A DNA stretch of 18,790 nt from Candidatus Zixiibacteriota bacterium (lineage in GTDB: Bacteria; Zixibacteria; MSB-5A5; CAIYYT01), in contig JBECKX010000054.1 of NCBI GenBank assembly GCA_040235515.1, forward strand, positions 1-18,790, read 5' to 3'. The notes below the pieces were generated by a model. It worked only from the letters and a program-made list of their open reading frames with translations, was not told where the DNA came from and did not search any database. Below are positions 1-8,027 of the stretch, in pieces; the first letter of the stretch is position 1, and every line of letters begins with the position of its first letter. Both the position numbers and the translations under genes were made by a program.

Positions 1-1029
1 CTCCATGATCAGGTTGCCATCGTAATCTTTCGCCACGTTACGGAACTCGATAACCTTCTCGCCCAGTTCCGGTCCGGGTGCGATCTGGATTACCGCCCCG
101 GGATTCTTTGCCGCTGCCTGCTCGCGCGCCACCAATTGCTCATATTCGGCAAGGCGGGCGCGTGAGAGTTCTTTACGGTCTTTGTTCGACATTTTGATCC
201 AGCTCAACTCACGCTGCAGCATCCTGGCACGTGGCGAATCACCTCGTTCCGCCGAGGCGAGCTTCTCGAGTTTCTGTTCGATCCAGGATGAATAGTTGCC
301 CTTCCACGGTACACCATGACCGCCGTCAAGCTCGAGTATCCATTTCGTGACATTGTCGAGGAAATAGCGATCGTGCGTGACGATGATCACCGTGCCGGGA
401 TATTCCGCCAGCTGCGTTTCGAGCCAATCGATCGTTTCGGCATCAAGATGGTTGGTGGGCTCGTCGAGCAACAGCAGGTCAGGATGCTCCAGCAACGCCT
501 TGCAGAGTGCCACGCGACGCTTCTCGCCTCCCGATAGAGTACTGATTACGCGGTCATCCTCCGGCAGGCAGAGAGCATCCGCGGCGCGCTTGATCTGGCT
601 GTCGAGATTCCAGGCATCGATAGCATCCAGCTTCTCCTGCAGTTCGCCCATGCGCTCCATCAGTTTGGTCATTTCATCGTCAGACATCTCCTCACCCATC
701 TTCGCGGCGATCTCGTTGTATTCATTGAGGAGATCGGTGGTTTGTCCGAATGCCTTCTCGATCGTCTGACGCACGGTGAGTTTTGGATCGAGATCAGGTT
801 CCTGCTCGACAATCCCGGCCTTGTAGTTTCCGAGGATCTCAGCGGTGCCCTGAAATTCATCATCCTTGCCCGCCATGATGCGCAACACGGTTGATTTGCC
901 GGCGCCGTTCTCCCCGACAATGCCAATCTTGGCACCGGGGAAGAAACTGAGGTAGATGTCTTTGAGCACCTGCTTCTGGCCATAGTACTTGTACAGCCCG
1001 AGCATGGTGAAGATATATTGCTCTGCCAT
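1..1029 (-). CDS. ettA: Energy-dependent translational throttle ABC-F ATPase EttA (5' part; runs off the left edge)
   Basis: Manual minus-strand translation from ATG at 1029: [47 protein letters not shown] (Walker A), then [65 protein letters not shown] and RELSWIKM. Upstream AAGGGA RBS. Absent from the ORF track because its stop lies outside the window. Confidence 0.93.
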   Translation of the reverse strand, partial: [343 protein letters not shown]

Positions 1030-1096
1030 TTATTTCCCTTCAAATCAAGATTGAGCTTTCACTGAGTGCGAATATCGAGGAAGTAGAGCCGTGGTG

Positions 1097-1795
1097 TCAA
1101 GCGTCTTTTCGAAGTTGTCGCGTCAGGCCCTCGACCACCAGCGTGATTTCACCCTTGAGCTTGCGATCTTTGAGCAGGTTGTTTAATGCATCGAGGTCGG
1201 TTCGGATTGTCTCCTCGAACTTCTTGGTCAACTCGCGACAGAGAGCAACCTGGCGATTGCCGAGCACGTCGAGCAGCATTTCCACCAGTTTATTGATCTT
1301 GTATGGCGATTCATAGAAGACCAGGGTCTCGCGTCGGTCGGCCAGTGATTCGATCACCTGCTTGCGCTTGCCTGATTTTGGCGGCAGGAAGCCGTAGAAG
1401 ATGAAGGCATCCGTTGGCAGTCCGCTCAAAGCCAGTGCGGTGATTGCTGCCGCGGGACCCGGTATCGCTTCGATGCTGACTCCCGCCTCGATTGCTGCCC
1501 GCACTATCACAAAGCCGGGGTCTGAGATCGAAGGAGTGCCGGCATCAGAGATCACTGCGACCGACTCTCCTGCTTTGATACGGCTGATAATCTTCTCACT
1601 AACCTGTCGTTCGTTGAAATTGTGATACGAGACCAGCGGCTTGTTAATCTGGTAGTGTTGCAAAAGCGTTCGCGAGGTGCGGGTATCCTCGCAGGCGATC
1701 AGGTCGACCGACTTGAGGGTTTCGACCGCACGGTAAGTGATATCACCGAGATTACCTAGTGGAGTAGAGACGAGATATAGCTTGGCTTCACTCAT
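1097..1795 (-). CDS. rsmI: 16S rRNA (cytidine(1402)-2'-O)-methyltransferase RsmI
   Basis: LYLVSTPLGNLGDITYRA, IACEDTR, ISDAGTPSISDPG, FYGFLP, VFYESP, CRELTKKFEE and KGEITLV motifs; short form without the C-terminal extension. Confidence 0.95.
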   Translation of the reverse strand: MSEAKLYLVSTPLGNLGDITYRAVETLKSVDLIACEDTRTSRTLLQHYQINKPLVSYHNFNERQVSEKIISRIKAGESVAVISDAGTPSISDPGFVIVRAAIEAGVSIEAIPGPAAAITALALSGLPTDAFIFYGFLPPKSGKRKQVIESLADRRETLVFYESPYKINKLVEMLLDVLGNRQVALCRELTKKFEETIRTDLDALNNLLKDRKLKGEITLVVEGLTRQLRKDA

Positions 1796-1885
1796 GGAGT
1801 GGAAGAAGGGGAATCAGGCGAATGGCGGCAAGGGGAAAGTGGGGGGAACAGAGGTGTGCACCGAGGGGGCCACAAAGACGAGTAA

Positions 1886-1956
1886 ACACACCCCGGCTCC
1901 GAAGATTCCACTGGAGTGGAATCCTCGAAGCCACCCCTCTCAAGAGGGGTTTGGCT
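1886..1956. repeat. Palindromic REP/MITE-like element: CACCCC-GGCT...AGCC arm with inner hairpin, followed by ACCCCTCT-CA-AGAGGGGT hairpin
   Basis: Perfect inverted repeats GATTCCACT(1904-1912)/AGTGGAATC(1915-1923) and ACCCCTCT(1933-1940)/AGAGGGGT(1943-1950). Confidence 0.6.
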
Positions 1957-2066
1957 ACGTCAGCTGAAGAGTCTTCGCATGCCGTCAGCGAGGAACGTTT
2001 GATCACTGATGGCTGATATCGCGATGCGCCAGGATGGATGCGGCGCGTGAGGATGGGACCATTCCA

Positions 2067-2130
2067 GTGCGCGGCAGTCGTCCTCGCCTGCCGCGTTTGC
2101 CGCCGCCAGACGAGGACGGCTGGCGGCCAC
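2067..2130. repeat. Inverted pair of 28-nt REP-like hairpins (BIME-like doublet)
   Basis: Copy 1 at 2067-2094 is GTGCGCGGCAGTCGTCCTCGCCTGCCGC. Copy 2, the reverse complement of 2103-2130, is GTGGCCGCCAGCCGTCCTCGTCTGGCGG. They are 21/28 identical, each a GTGN tetranucleotide plus a 7-bp stem. Confidence 0.7.
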
Positions 2131-2138
2131 GGGACAAG

Positions 2139-2156
2139 TTCTCGCCCCTGCGAGAA
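2139..2156 (-). terminator. Hairpin just downstream of the hydrolase stop, possible weak terminator
   Basis: TTCTCGC-CCCT-GCGAGAA 7-bp stem, 12 nt after the stop; poor U-tract. Confidence 0.3.
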
Positions 2157-2168
2157 ATTGGTTCAATC

Positions 2169-2849
2169 CTACTTCAGTTCAAACGTCCCGCCCGGATCGA
2201 CGATCTCGCACTTGACACCCTGTTTCTCGACCTCAGCCTTGAATGCTTTCGGGTCCTGTTGGATCACATCAAAAGTATTGTAGTGCATCGGGATCACCGT
2301 CTTTGGTTTGAGGAACTCGACCGCCTTGGCGGCATCGCGCGGTCCCATGGTGAAATTGTCGCCGATGGGAAGCAGTGCGAGATCGATCTTGTCCATCTCC
2401 CCAATCAGTTTCATATCCATAAAGAGGCCGGTGTCACCGGCATGATAGATGGTTTTGCCATCGATGTGCAGGAGAATCCCTGCCGGATTGCCGCCGTAAT
2501 CTTCTGACTCGAGGGTTGAGCCATGATGCGCAATCGTCAGTTTGACTCGCCCGAATGGAAAGTCATGGCCACCGCCAATATGCAATGGATGCGCCTTGAG
2601 GCCTTTGCTCTCTGCGTAGTTGCTTAACTCGAAGTTCGTGATAACTGTGGCATCGTTCTTCTTGGCGATCGCGGGAGTATCACCCCAATGGTCGCCGTGA
2701 CCATGCGAGATGATGATCCATTTGGCTTTGACATCATCGGGGCTTGCCTTCGCCAGCGGGTTACCACTGATAAAGGGATCTATCACGAGATCGTGACCAT
2801 TGTTATGGATCTCCCAGCAGGAATGACCATGAAATTTCATCTGTACCAT
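2169..2849 (-). CDS. Metal-dependent hydrolase, metallo-beta-lactamase fold (UPF0173 family)
   Basis: FHGHSC, IDPFISGNP, SHGHGDH (HxHxDH), YHAGDTGLF, LLPIGDNFTMG and IPMHYNTF motifs; GGAGGT RBS upstream. Confidence 0.92.
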   Translation of the reverse strand: MVQMKFHGHSCWEIHNNGHDLVIDPFISGNPLAKASPDDVKAKWIIISHGHGDHWGDTPAIAKKNDATVITNFELSNYAESKGLKAHPLHIGGGHDFPFGRVKLTIAHHGSTLESEDYGGNPAGILLHIDGKTIYHAGDTGLFMDMKLIGEMDKIDLALLPIGDNFTMGPRDAAKAVEFLKPKTVIPMHYNTFDVIQQDPKAFKAEVEKQGVKCEIVDPGGTFELK

Positions 2850-2954
2850 GCTTTATCTACCTCCGTGGATTTACACGTGCTATCTGCATCTCTAAACGTC
2901 TACTGCAATGATACGAAAGGCGGCGGGATGGGGAAAGGGGGAAAGGGGAGAGGG

Positions 2955-4835
2955 TCACAGAATCAGGTTCGTCGTGAAACTTAGGTCCCAGGTGTGACTA
3001 AGGTAATAGCCTAGTTCCGGTGGACTACTGGAGTCTCTCCAGAGCGTGTGATGCGATTTCAATAGAGCGGAAATCCGAAGAAAAGCTCCAAGCTGCCACT
3101 GATGCTCAAGATCGATACCAATCAGGTACCTCTTTCTGCGGAAATCAAATACATCAATCCACGGCTCGTACGCTAAACTGACTGCCATGGATGGTTGATA
3201 CCACTCTACAATCCCTTTGCTGAAGCCTGCCTCAAGCTTCGTCGATGCGTAATGCACCCCTCTGAAGGCTATGTTGAATATGCTCGAGTTATCCCTGTGT
3301 TCTTGTTCGTAGCCGAGGTAAGGTGAGTCAAATCTAACATAAGCTCTAGTATGCCCAGGTCTAAGGAGAGGACCCAGCAAGTAGTCTATACTGCTAACAT
3401 CGTTCCAACTGACTTCGTCAACCCCAGGCTCGCCCCAACTGTAGGATTGATAGTACAGGCCACACGATATCCAGATTCTTTGCTGGTGCAGATACCAACC
3501 TAGATTTCTTGTGGCAAGATGCGGCAGCGAGGACCACCGCCGCAGATTTAGGGTTGGAGTGAAATAGAAATGAGATGACGTATGCCTTCGCATGGCAAGT
3601 GAAACTTCAATCTCTTTGTCATCTGATCCACCGCCTCCCCACCCGTTGATCTCTCCGTGCTCATTCACGGACACCGAATTGAAATTCGAGAAGTCAAATG
3701 CCAATCGCGCATTGAGAACGAACTCTGATGATCCTTTGTTGAGATGATAACCGAAGTAGTTGCAATAGTTATCAAGGACTTGTCTCAAGGATATCCTATG
3801 TGCCGTGTCGATTGCTCTTACGGAAACCGAAACACCGTAAGCACTCCGGTCAAACAGCGATGATTCGTAACTGGTGCGAGAGTACAATAAGTCGTAGTCC
3901 AGGATCTGGTAGAAGTTTCCTCCTTCTCCGCTTTCGTCTACGTACCATGTCTGAAGCGATATCCAGGATGATCGAGACGTAAACATCGTGATCCCAAGGT
4001 TTAGCGAATGATCCACTTCAGACATCCAATCATCGCTAACGAGACTGGTACTGAATCTCGCGGGAGACTCGGTCTCGTCGCCATAGGCCCTATTGCCGAG
4101 GGATGAAGCTCGCTCCAACTTTTGACTACCCAGCGCCATCAGCAACAGGATGTGCTTCGACAAACCAACAGAAGCGACCATGGATCCTGAGTAGGTTCGG
4201 GAGACTTCGGTTCTATCGCTGGCAATGAAATGGTCATTCTCGGTACCAAACTTGTCGGCATCGGAACAATCGAAGTCACCTGCGATCCTCCAGGAGCCGG
4301 ATGGAACCGCGGGTTGATCCAATAGCATGAATAGACCTCTATATTCATCAAACTCTGTTGAATCTTCTGATGATAGTCTGACGCGCAAACCAATGTCCCA
4401 GGCTCTACTGGATCCAAATCCATTGGACGAGGGCCGACTGGTAGGCTGAACTCCATCATGCCAGAGCCCCGCTGTTACGCCGATTCGAGTCCGATCGTTC
4501 AGTTGGTACCAACCCAGTACTGAAGCGAGGGACGACGGTATGATAACGTGGTCGCGAGAGGTTTCCCAGAGGGTGAGCCTCGGGAATCCAATCTCTGCTT
4601 GATCATTCCACGCAATTGCGAGTCCTGTCGAGAGGCTCAGGTTTTCAAACCGCGAACCCTCAAGACCCAGTGTGAACTGCTGCCGCCCAACAATCCGCCC
4701 ATAGAAATAATCGAATGGTATCACCTGTGTCGAGTCAGTGGCGCTTGCGTCATCGGCCAATGAAAGAGCCGGCAGTCCGGGTAGCAGCATCAGGACTATT
4801 ACAGCACCCTTTATCTTCTGGTGATAACTCAGCAT
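2955..4835 (-). CDS. Secreted beta-strand-rich protein, putative outer-membrane beta-barrel (paralog B, 626 aa)
   Basis: Start moved to ATG 4835 (AGAGAG RBS, 13 nt after the upstream stop). Signal peptide MLSYHQKIKGAVIVLMLLPGLPALSLA. Rich in aromatic, Ser and Gly residues with alternating strands; C-terminus HTWDLSFTTNLIL. Shares blocks with 4849-6675. Confidence 0.75.
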   Translation of the reverse strand: MLSYHQKIKGAVIVLMLLPGLPALSLADDASATDSTQVIPFDYFYGRIVGRQQFTLGLEGSRFENLSLSTGLAIAWNDQAEIGFPRLTLWETSRDHVIIPSSLASVLGWYQLNDRTRIGVTAGLWHDGVQPTSRPSSNGFGSSRAWDIGLRVRLSSEDSTEFDEYRGLFMLLDQPAVPSGSWRIAGDFDCSDADKFGTENDHFIASDRTEVSRTYSGSMVASVGLSKHILLLMALGSQKLERASSLGNRAYGDETESPARFSTSLVSDDWMSEVDHSLNLGITMFTSRSSWISLQTWYVDESGEGGNFYQILDYDLLYSRTSYESSLFDRSAYGVSVSVRAIDTAHRISLRQVLDNYCNYFGYHLNKGSSEFVLNARLAFDFSNFNSVSVNEHGEINGWGGGGSDDKEIEVSLAMRRHTSSHFYFTPTLNLRRWSSLPHLATRNLGWYLHQQRIWISCGLYYQSYSWGEPGVDEVSWNDVSSIDYLLGPLLRPGHTRAYVRFDSPYLGYEQEHRDNSSIFNIAFRGVHYASTKLEAGFSKGIVEWYQPSMAVSLAYEPWIDVFDFRRKRYLIGIDLEHQWQLGAFLRISALLKSHHTLWRDSSSPPELGYYLSHTWDLSFTTNLIL

Positions 4836-4848
4836 AAGTACTCTCTGA

Positions 4849-6675
4849 CTAGATGATGATATCGAGCTTCCAATTGTATGACCAGGTGCTGGTGTCGGGA
4901 TCAAACTCGGGGAAATCCTCAAAAACCGCATCCGAATAGTGATAGGCGATTTGGCCCCAGTAGAGTTCGATTCGCGCGAATGAGGTTGGTTGAATCACTA
5001 TCGATCGCGACTGCGAGATGGATGTCTCAGTGCCACCCCGATAGGGATGCTGGGTAACGTAGGCTCCAGCCGTCAGGGTCAGGAATGACCAGACTCCGAC
5101 TTCACCGATAAACCGCTCCTCCCAGCGGCTATCGTCTTCACCCTTGAAGAAGTTGAACAAACTAACCTCGTTGGCGCGAAAATCCGCGTAGTAGGTCGGT
5201 GGTCGAACCGAGAGTGAGACTCTCCAGTCGCCGGGTCGCGGCATTGCTCCAAGTAGGTAGTCAATATCGCTGATTTCACTCCAGCCGATTTCCTGTCGCT
5301 TGGTCTGGTCCCAACTAAAGTTGCGGTATTGTACGCCGAATGTTGTGCTTGTCCTTTGGCCATGACTATTGAGCAGACTCCGCGAACTGTTTGATACCGT
5401 TCTTCTCGATGTCAGCATCACTGAGCAGTTCAGATTGGGCATGATGAAGTATTCCAGGCCTAGATCGAGATTGAGCTCTCTGTAAACACCCTTGAACGAG
5501 TTCTGCGTGGCTATATCATCTGCTGGATAAATTCTTAACTCAGAAGACTGGTCTTGATATCGAAATTGCGCCGCGCCTGAGAAGCGGAGAGTGTTCGCCG
5601 GCAGCTGCATGCCGTAATATCCCTGGAAGTTGTCGAGTAACTGTTGGTATGGAATAGTGACGGAACGACTGACCCAGTTCAGGGAAATGCTCCAGTTGCT
5701 CTGGAAGTAGTCGTCATCCGAACGGCGGTTCTCTTCATAGAGCACCACCGAGTCCCGCACTGAACTGCTGTGCCAGTCGCTACCAATTGATCTCAGCATC
5801 TGATCAGCTGAAACTGCTATCCATGTTTTCGAGTTCGGTTTGTATGTCGAAGCAAGGTTGAACGTCAGCTGAGTGTTGTCGCCATCAGATATGCCATCGC
5901 TGACTCTAAGAGATGTATCCACCGGTGCAGCGGCATCCCTGATATAGCGATGATCTGAATTGGTTGAGGCCCGAAGCAACCCGGCGAGTAAGTAAACATT
6001 CGATCGCTCTCCAAAGCCTCTGGTAATCGCAGTCTGAAGGTCAATCGTTTTGTAGGTATTGGAGTCGTCCCCCCAGTAGTTAATGTACTCGTTCGTCTTG
6101 CCTTGTTGGCGGGAATCCTGATCTGAGTATGAAAGATTCCAGTCACCTTCGATAAGCGATTGTGACGGATTCAGCCACGGCCCCTCAAGATATTGATAGA
6201 GCGAGTGCTCTTCCCTGTACTCGATTCCGGCTCTCTGCAAGTAGATCAGCGATTGATCGATATTTGCTGACTCACGATTCCAGTAGCCAAAGTGTGATTC
6301 CCCGCTCTGCATGTCGTGGTCTTCATCCCACAAGATCAAGTCATTATGTAATCGCAAACCATCCTTGAGTTGAATATCTCCCCGCAGTGGCGGTTCGTTC
6401 CAGCGCAGTGCGTCCTCCGATAATTCGGGAATCCAGGTAAAGAGACGATCGACTCCGAAGCGGAAGTGATTGCGGAAACCGAAGTAGAACGATCCATCGA
6501 TGTACGCTCTTGACTCTTCAAAGTTGTGATAGTCGAGACTAAGCTGCTGCCGGCCGACGATACGGCCATAGTAATATTCGAAAGGGATCTGCTGAGCGAT
6601 GGCAGATCCAGTGAGAAAGAAAACTAACCCCAAAACCGTCCCTGTGGTTTTGCTCGTGAGTAGTGAATGCTTCAC
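4849..6675 (-). CDS. Secreted beta-strand-rich protein, putative outer-membrane beta-barrel (paralog A, 608 aa)
   Basis: GTG start after GGAGG; signal peptide ending GSAIA/QQ; amphipathic strands such as TQLTFNLASTYKP and RELNLDLGLEYFI; C-terminus STWSYNWKLDIII. Confidence 0.8.
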   Translation of the reverse strand: MKHSLLTSKTTGTVLGLVFFLTGSAIAQQIPFEYYYGRIVGRQQLSLDYHNFEESRAYIDGSFYFGFRNHFRFGVDRLFTWIPELSEDALRWNEPPLRGDIQLKDGLRLHNDLILWDEDHDMQSGESHFGYWNRESANIDQSLIYLQRAGIEYREEHSLYQYLEGPWLNPSQSLIEGDWNLSYSDQDSRQQGKTNEYINYWGDDSNTYKTIDLQTAITRGFGERSNVYLLAGLLRASTNSDHRYIRDAAAPVDTSLRVSDGISDGDNTQLTFNLASTYKPNSKTWIAVSADQMLRSIGSDWHSSSVRDSVVLYEENRRSDDDYFQSNWSISLNWVSRSVTIPYQQLLDNFQGYYGMQLPANTLRFSGAAQFRYQDQSSELRIYPADDIATQNSFKGVYRELNLDLGLEYFIMPNLNCSVMLTSRRTVSNSSRSLLNSHGQRTSTTFGVQYRNFSWDQTKRQEIGWSEISDIDYLLGAMPRPGDWRVSLSVRPPTYYADFRANEVSLFNFFKGEDDSRWEERFIGEVGVWSFLTLTAGAYVTQHPYRGGTETSISQSRSIVIQPTSFARIELYWGQIAYHYSDAVFEDFPEFDPDTSTWSYNWKLDIII

Positions 6676-6690
6676 GGAGCCTCCGCGGTT

Positions 6691-6718
6691 AGTATGATTT
6701 ACCCTTTAATACAGTCAA
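6691..6718 (-). promoter_or_regulatory. Putative sigma70 promoter for the barrel-pair operon
   Basis: Minus strand TTGACT-16 nt-CATACT, directly upstream of the GGAGG RBS. Confidence 0.5.
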
Positions 6719-6812
6719 GATGTCCCCGAAAACATCAACTGCCCTGTTTTCAGCAGCCCCCCATAGTCCGGCCTGCGCGAGCATCACCGGATACCACTTA
6801 TGACAGTTCGAC

Positions 6813-8027
6813 CTAAGCGATCTTGCCGCCGCCCAAAACGATGTCGCCATCGTAGAAGACGCAGCTCTGACCCGGCGTGATCGCACGCTGGGCTTCGTGT
6901 AGTTTAACCTCTACATTCCCATCTGTCAATAGAGATAACGTGGCAGGGACCGGTTTGTGCAAATAGCGGATTTTGGCCAGCGCAGTTATCTGCGGGGCTT
7001 GCGGGAGTGGATTCCCGCTTGCGCGGGAATGATTATCTGAGGAAGTAATCGCGGTATCATGGTTGATGTGTGTGTGTGAGGTCGCTGTAATCGGTTTTCG
7101 CGTCTCCGGTGACCTTGGATCAAGTGCGACCCAATTGACTTCTTTGACGCGAAATATCTGGTCGAACAGGTCCTCATCATCACCGATGACTATCTCATTC
7201 TTTTCGGGAATGATCTTCGTCACATACTTCTTCTGGTTGGTCTTGATCTCGATGCGGCGCCGCTGTCCGACGGTGTACTTATAGAAACCCTCATGCTCCC
7301 CTACGGCATTTCCTGCAGTGTCACGGATCACGCCCTTACCGGGGAGATTCGGCTCCTTCTTTTCAACCAGTTTGGTGTAGTCATTGTTGGGCACGAAGCA
7401 GATCTCGCGTGATTCCTCTCTGTCGGCGTTGATCAGGCCATACTCCTGCGCCAACTTGCGTACCTCCGTCTTGCGCAAGTCTCCGAGTGGAAACATCGTA
7501 CGCGCCAGCGAGTCCTGTTTGAGCCCCCAGAGGAAATAAGACTGATCGCGCGTGGCGTCGACGCCTTTCAAGATGCTGTATCGCCCCGTTTCTGCATCCT
7601 GTTCGATGCGGGCATAGTGGCCCGTAGCAAGATAGTCGCACCCCATTTGTTTGGTCTTGTTCTCGAGCAGTTCCCACTTCACTTTATAGTTACAGATCAC
7701 GCATGGGTTTGGTGTCCTGCCAACCAGGTACTCTTTCACGAAATCATCAATCACGGTCTCGTGAAAGTCCTCATGCATATTGAGCACATAGTGCGGAATG
7801 CCGTACTTGTAGCAGACGCTGCGGGCATCATCGAACATCTCCAGCGAACAGCAGCGACGCGAGATTGTCTTGTCTTCCTCCGCGCCGATCTCGGAGAAAT
7901 CCCAGAGCTTCATCGTGAGGCCGATGACGTTGTATCCCTCCAGCTTCAACTTGACCGCAACGACGGAGCTATCCACGCCACCGGACATTGCGACAGCAAC
8001 GAGGGTATCTTGTTTCGACTTGTTCAT
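6813..8027 (-). CDS. mnmA: tRNA 2-thiouridine(34) synthase MnmA, with a ~34 aa C-terminal-domain insertion
   Basis: AMSGGVDSSV PP-loop, GRTPNPCVICN, ATGHYAR, RDQSYFL, ESREICF, YTVGQRR and QRAITPGQSCVFY motifs. Confidence 0.96.
   Translation of the reverse strand: MNKSKQDTLVAVAMSGGVDSSVVAVKLKLEGYNVIGLTMKLWDFSEIGAEEDKTISRRCCSLEMFDDARSVCYKYGIPHYVLNMHEDFHETVIDDFVKEYLVGRTPNPCVICNYKVKWELLENKTKQMGCDYLATGHYARIEQDAETGRYSILKGVDATRDQSYFLWGLKQDSLARTMFPLGDLRKTEVRKLAQEYGLINADREESREICFVPNNDYTKLVEKKEPNLPGKGVIRDTAGNAVGEHEGFYKYTVGQRRRIEIKTNQKKYVTKIIPEKNEIVIGDDEDLFDQIFRVKEVNWVALDPRSPETRKPITATSHTHINHDTAITSSDNHSRASGNPLPQAPQITALAKIRYLHKPVPATLSLLTDGNVEVKLHEAQRAITPGQSCVFYDGDIVLGGGKIA
7011..7030. repeat. dRS3-like palindrome ATTCCC-N8-GGGAAT inside mnmA
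   Basis: ATTCCC GCTTGCGC GGGAAT; the minus strand reads TCATTCCCGCGCAAGCGGGAATCC. Confidence 0.65.

Noticed and set aside
669..1043. 124-aa minus-strand ORF in the track
   Set aside because: Out-of-frame overlap with ettA, which starts at 1029.
1886..2156. Possible CRISPR array or IS end
   Set aside because: The palindromes are heterogeneous, with no regularly spaced direct repeats and no cas or transposase gene.
1737..2166. Short ORFs in the rsmI-hydrolase spacer
   Set aside because: They translate palindromic repeat DNA and lack convincing RBSs.
4836..4931. N-terminal extension of the 658-aa ORF
   Set aside because: It overlaps the upstream paralog; ATG 4835 has an RBS and puts the signal peptide at the N-terminus.
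7067..7078. (TG)6 as a phase-variation tract in mnmA
   Set aside because: Too short to be convincing, and the gene is a conserved housekeeping enzyme; noted only as part of the insertion.
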